A DNA stretch of 31,242 nt, from assembly GCA_947380655.1 (NCBI GenBank), contig CANCRX010000035.1, positions 1 to 31,242 of the forward strand, given 5' to 3'. The notes beneath the pieces are model-generated. The model did not search any database, had not been told where the DNA came from, and saw only the letters and a list, made by a program, of their open reading frames with translations. The DNA comes from Alcaligenaceae bacterium. Its GTDB lineage: Bacteria; Pseudomonadota; Gammaproteobacteria; Burkholderiales; Burkholderiaceae_B. Positions within the stretch are counted from its first letter, which is position 1; every line of letters starts with the position of its first letter. Of this stretch, positions 30,596-31,242 are shown one piece after another. The position numbers were made by a program, and so were the translations under genes.

Positions 30596-30735
30596 GATTG
30601 TTTGAGATGTGGTTTTGAAAATAGTTAATAGCCCAAATCCACTATTAATAATCCCGTGTATCAATCGTCAATTACCTATGCTAGGATTTTAATCAATAGG
30701 ACCTACCTCAAATACATTTTATAAAAAGGACGCGC

Positions 30736-31242
30736 ATGAAATTCAAATTATTTTTATTGGTTTTGTGCTCACTTCCATTGCTAGCTAGGGCGGGTACCGA
30801 GTCTAATTCTGCGATGAAGTTTTCTACTCCGATTGAGGCTGGCGTAGCTGTACCGAACCAAATTGAGAGCTCTATCGGGACATTAGATTTAAATTATGGA
30901 TACCCTGAAGCATCAACTGTAGAAAAAATCTACGACAACCTTGACCGCTCTCGTGCTTTGCAAGCCTATCTCATGGCCATACCGATCGTTAACCAAGCTG
31001 GGATGCGTGATTCACTTACTAAGTTTGGTCCTGTCAATCAGACTGATGTGATTTGGGAAAACTTGGTTGATGCTCGTTCTGTCGAGCTCACAGCGAATGA
31101 CAATACGATCTATAACTTTATTTGGCTTGATACGAAGAAAGGGCCATTAGTTGTAGAAGTGCCTCCAGCAGTTTTAGGGGGCGTGAATGATTTTTGGTAT
31201 CGCTGGGTTGCTGATGTTGGCATTACTGGAGAGGACAAGGGC
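30736..31242 (+). CDS. Secreted DUF1254-like protein, 3-prime end cut by the window edge
   Basis: AAAGGA RBS 5 nt before ATG 30736 and a signal peptide MKFKLFLLVLCSLPLLARA. The motif LTANDNTIYNFIWLDTKKGPLVVEVPP...NDFWYRWVADVG resembles DUF1254 as I remember it. It is not in the ORF track because it runs off the window. Confidence 0.6.
   Translation, partial: MKFKLFLLVLCSLPLLARAGTESNSAMKFSTPIEAGVAVPNQIESSIGTLDLNYGYPEASTVEKIYDNLDRSRALQAYLMAIPIVNQAGMRDSLTKFGPVNQTDVIWENLVDARSVELTANDNTIYNFIWLDTKKGPLVVEVPPAVLGGVNDFWYRWVADVGITGEDKG

Overview
The window is a three-part mosaic from a proteobacterial-type chromosome. (1) 1-8957 is the right-hand part of an AT-richer integrative island. Its genes are almost all unrecognisable. 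The recognisable items are a collar-less clamp-loader-like AAA+ ATPase, a FimB/FimE-sized tyrosine recombinase, a 215-bp iteron-filled quasi-palindrome and a secreted protein. It ends in a 48-nt copy of the 3-prime half of tRNA-Phe(GAA). (2) 8958-30421 is a GC-richer, tightly packed anaerobic-lifestyle block. On the minus strand it carries a PpiC-type isomerase, narI-narJ-narH-narG, narK2 and narK1. On the plus strand it carries a beta-carbonic anhydrase, narX and narL. It also holds a cysteine-free Crp/Fnr (Dnr/NnrR-like) regulator and class III ribonucleotide reductase nrdD/nrdG, with the glycyl-radical domain encoded as a separate 67-aa ORF. Further right are a hemerythrin gene frameshifted in an A10 tract, ytfE under a sigma-54 promoter with three NorR boxes, norR, a decayed ribA fragment and a yefM-yoeB toxin-antitoxin pair. 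The block is closed by a second tRNA-Phe repeat (47/48 identical). (3) 30422-31242 holds a terminator carrying a hairpin insertion and the start of a secreted DUF1254-like protein. I saw no rRNA, intact tRNA, CRISPR array or IS transposase. The main candidates for something new are: (a) the whole nitrate-respiration/NO-stress block bracketed by tRNA-Phe att-like repeats with no integrase inside, a possible cis-mobilisable island; (b) the split NrdD; (c) the orphan operon around the truncated clamp-loader ATPase together with the iteron palindrome and small recombinase; (d) an 18-bp palindrome dispersed six times in intergenic DNA. All family assignments come from motif recognition by eye. No database search was run.
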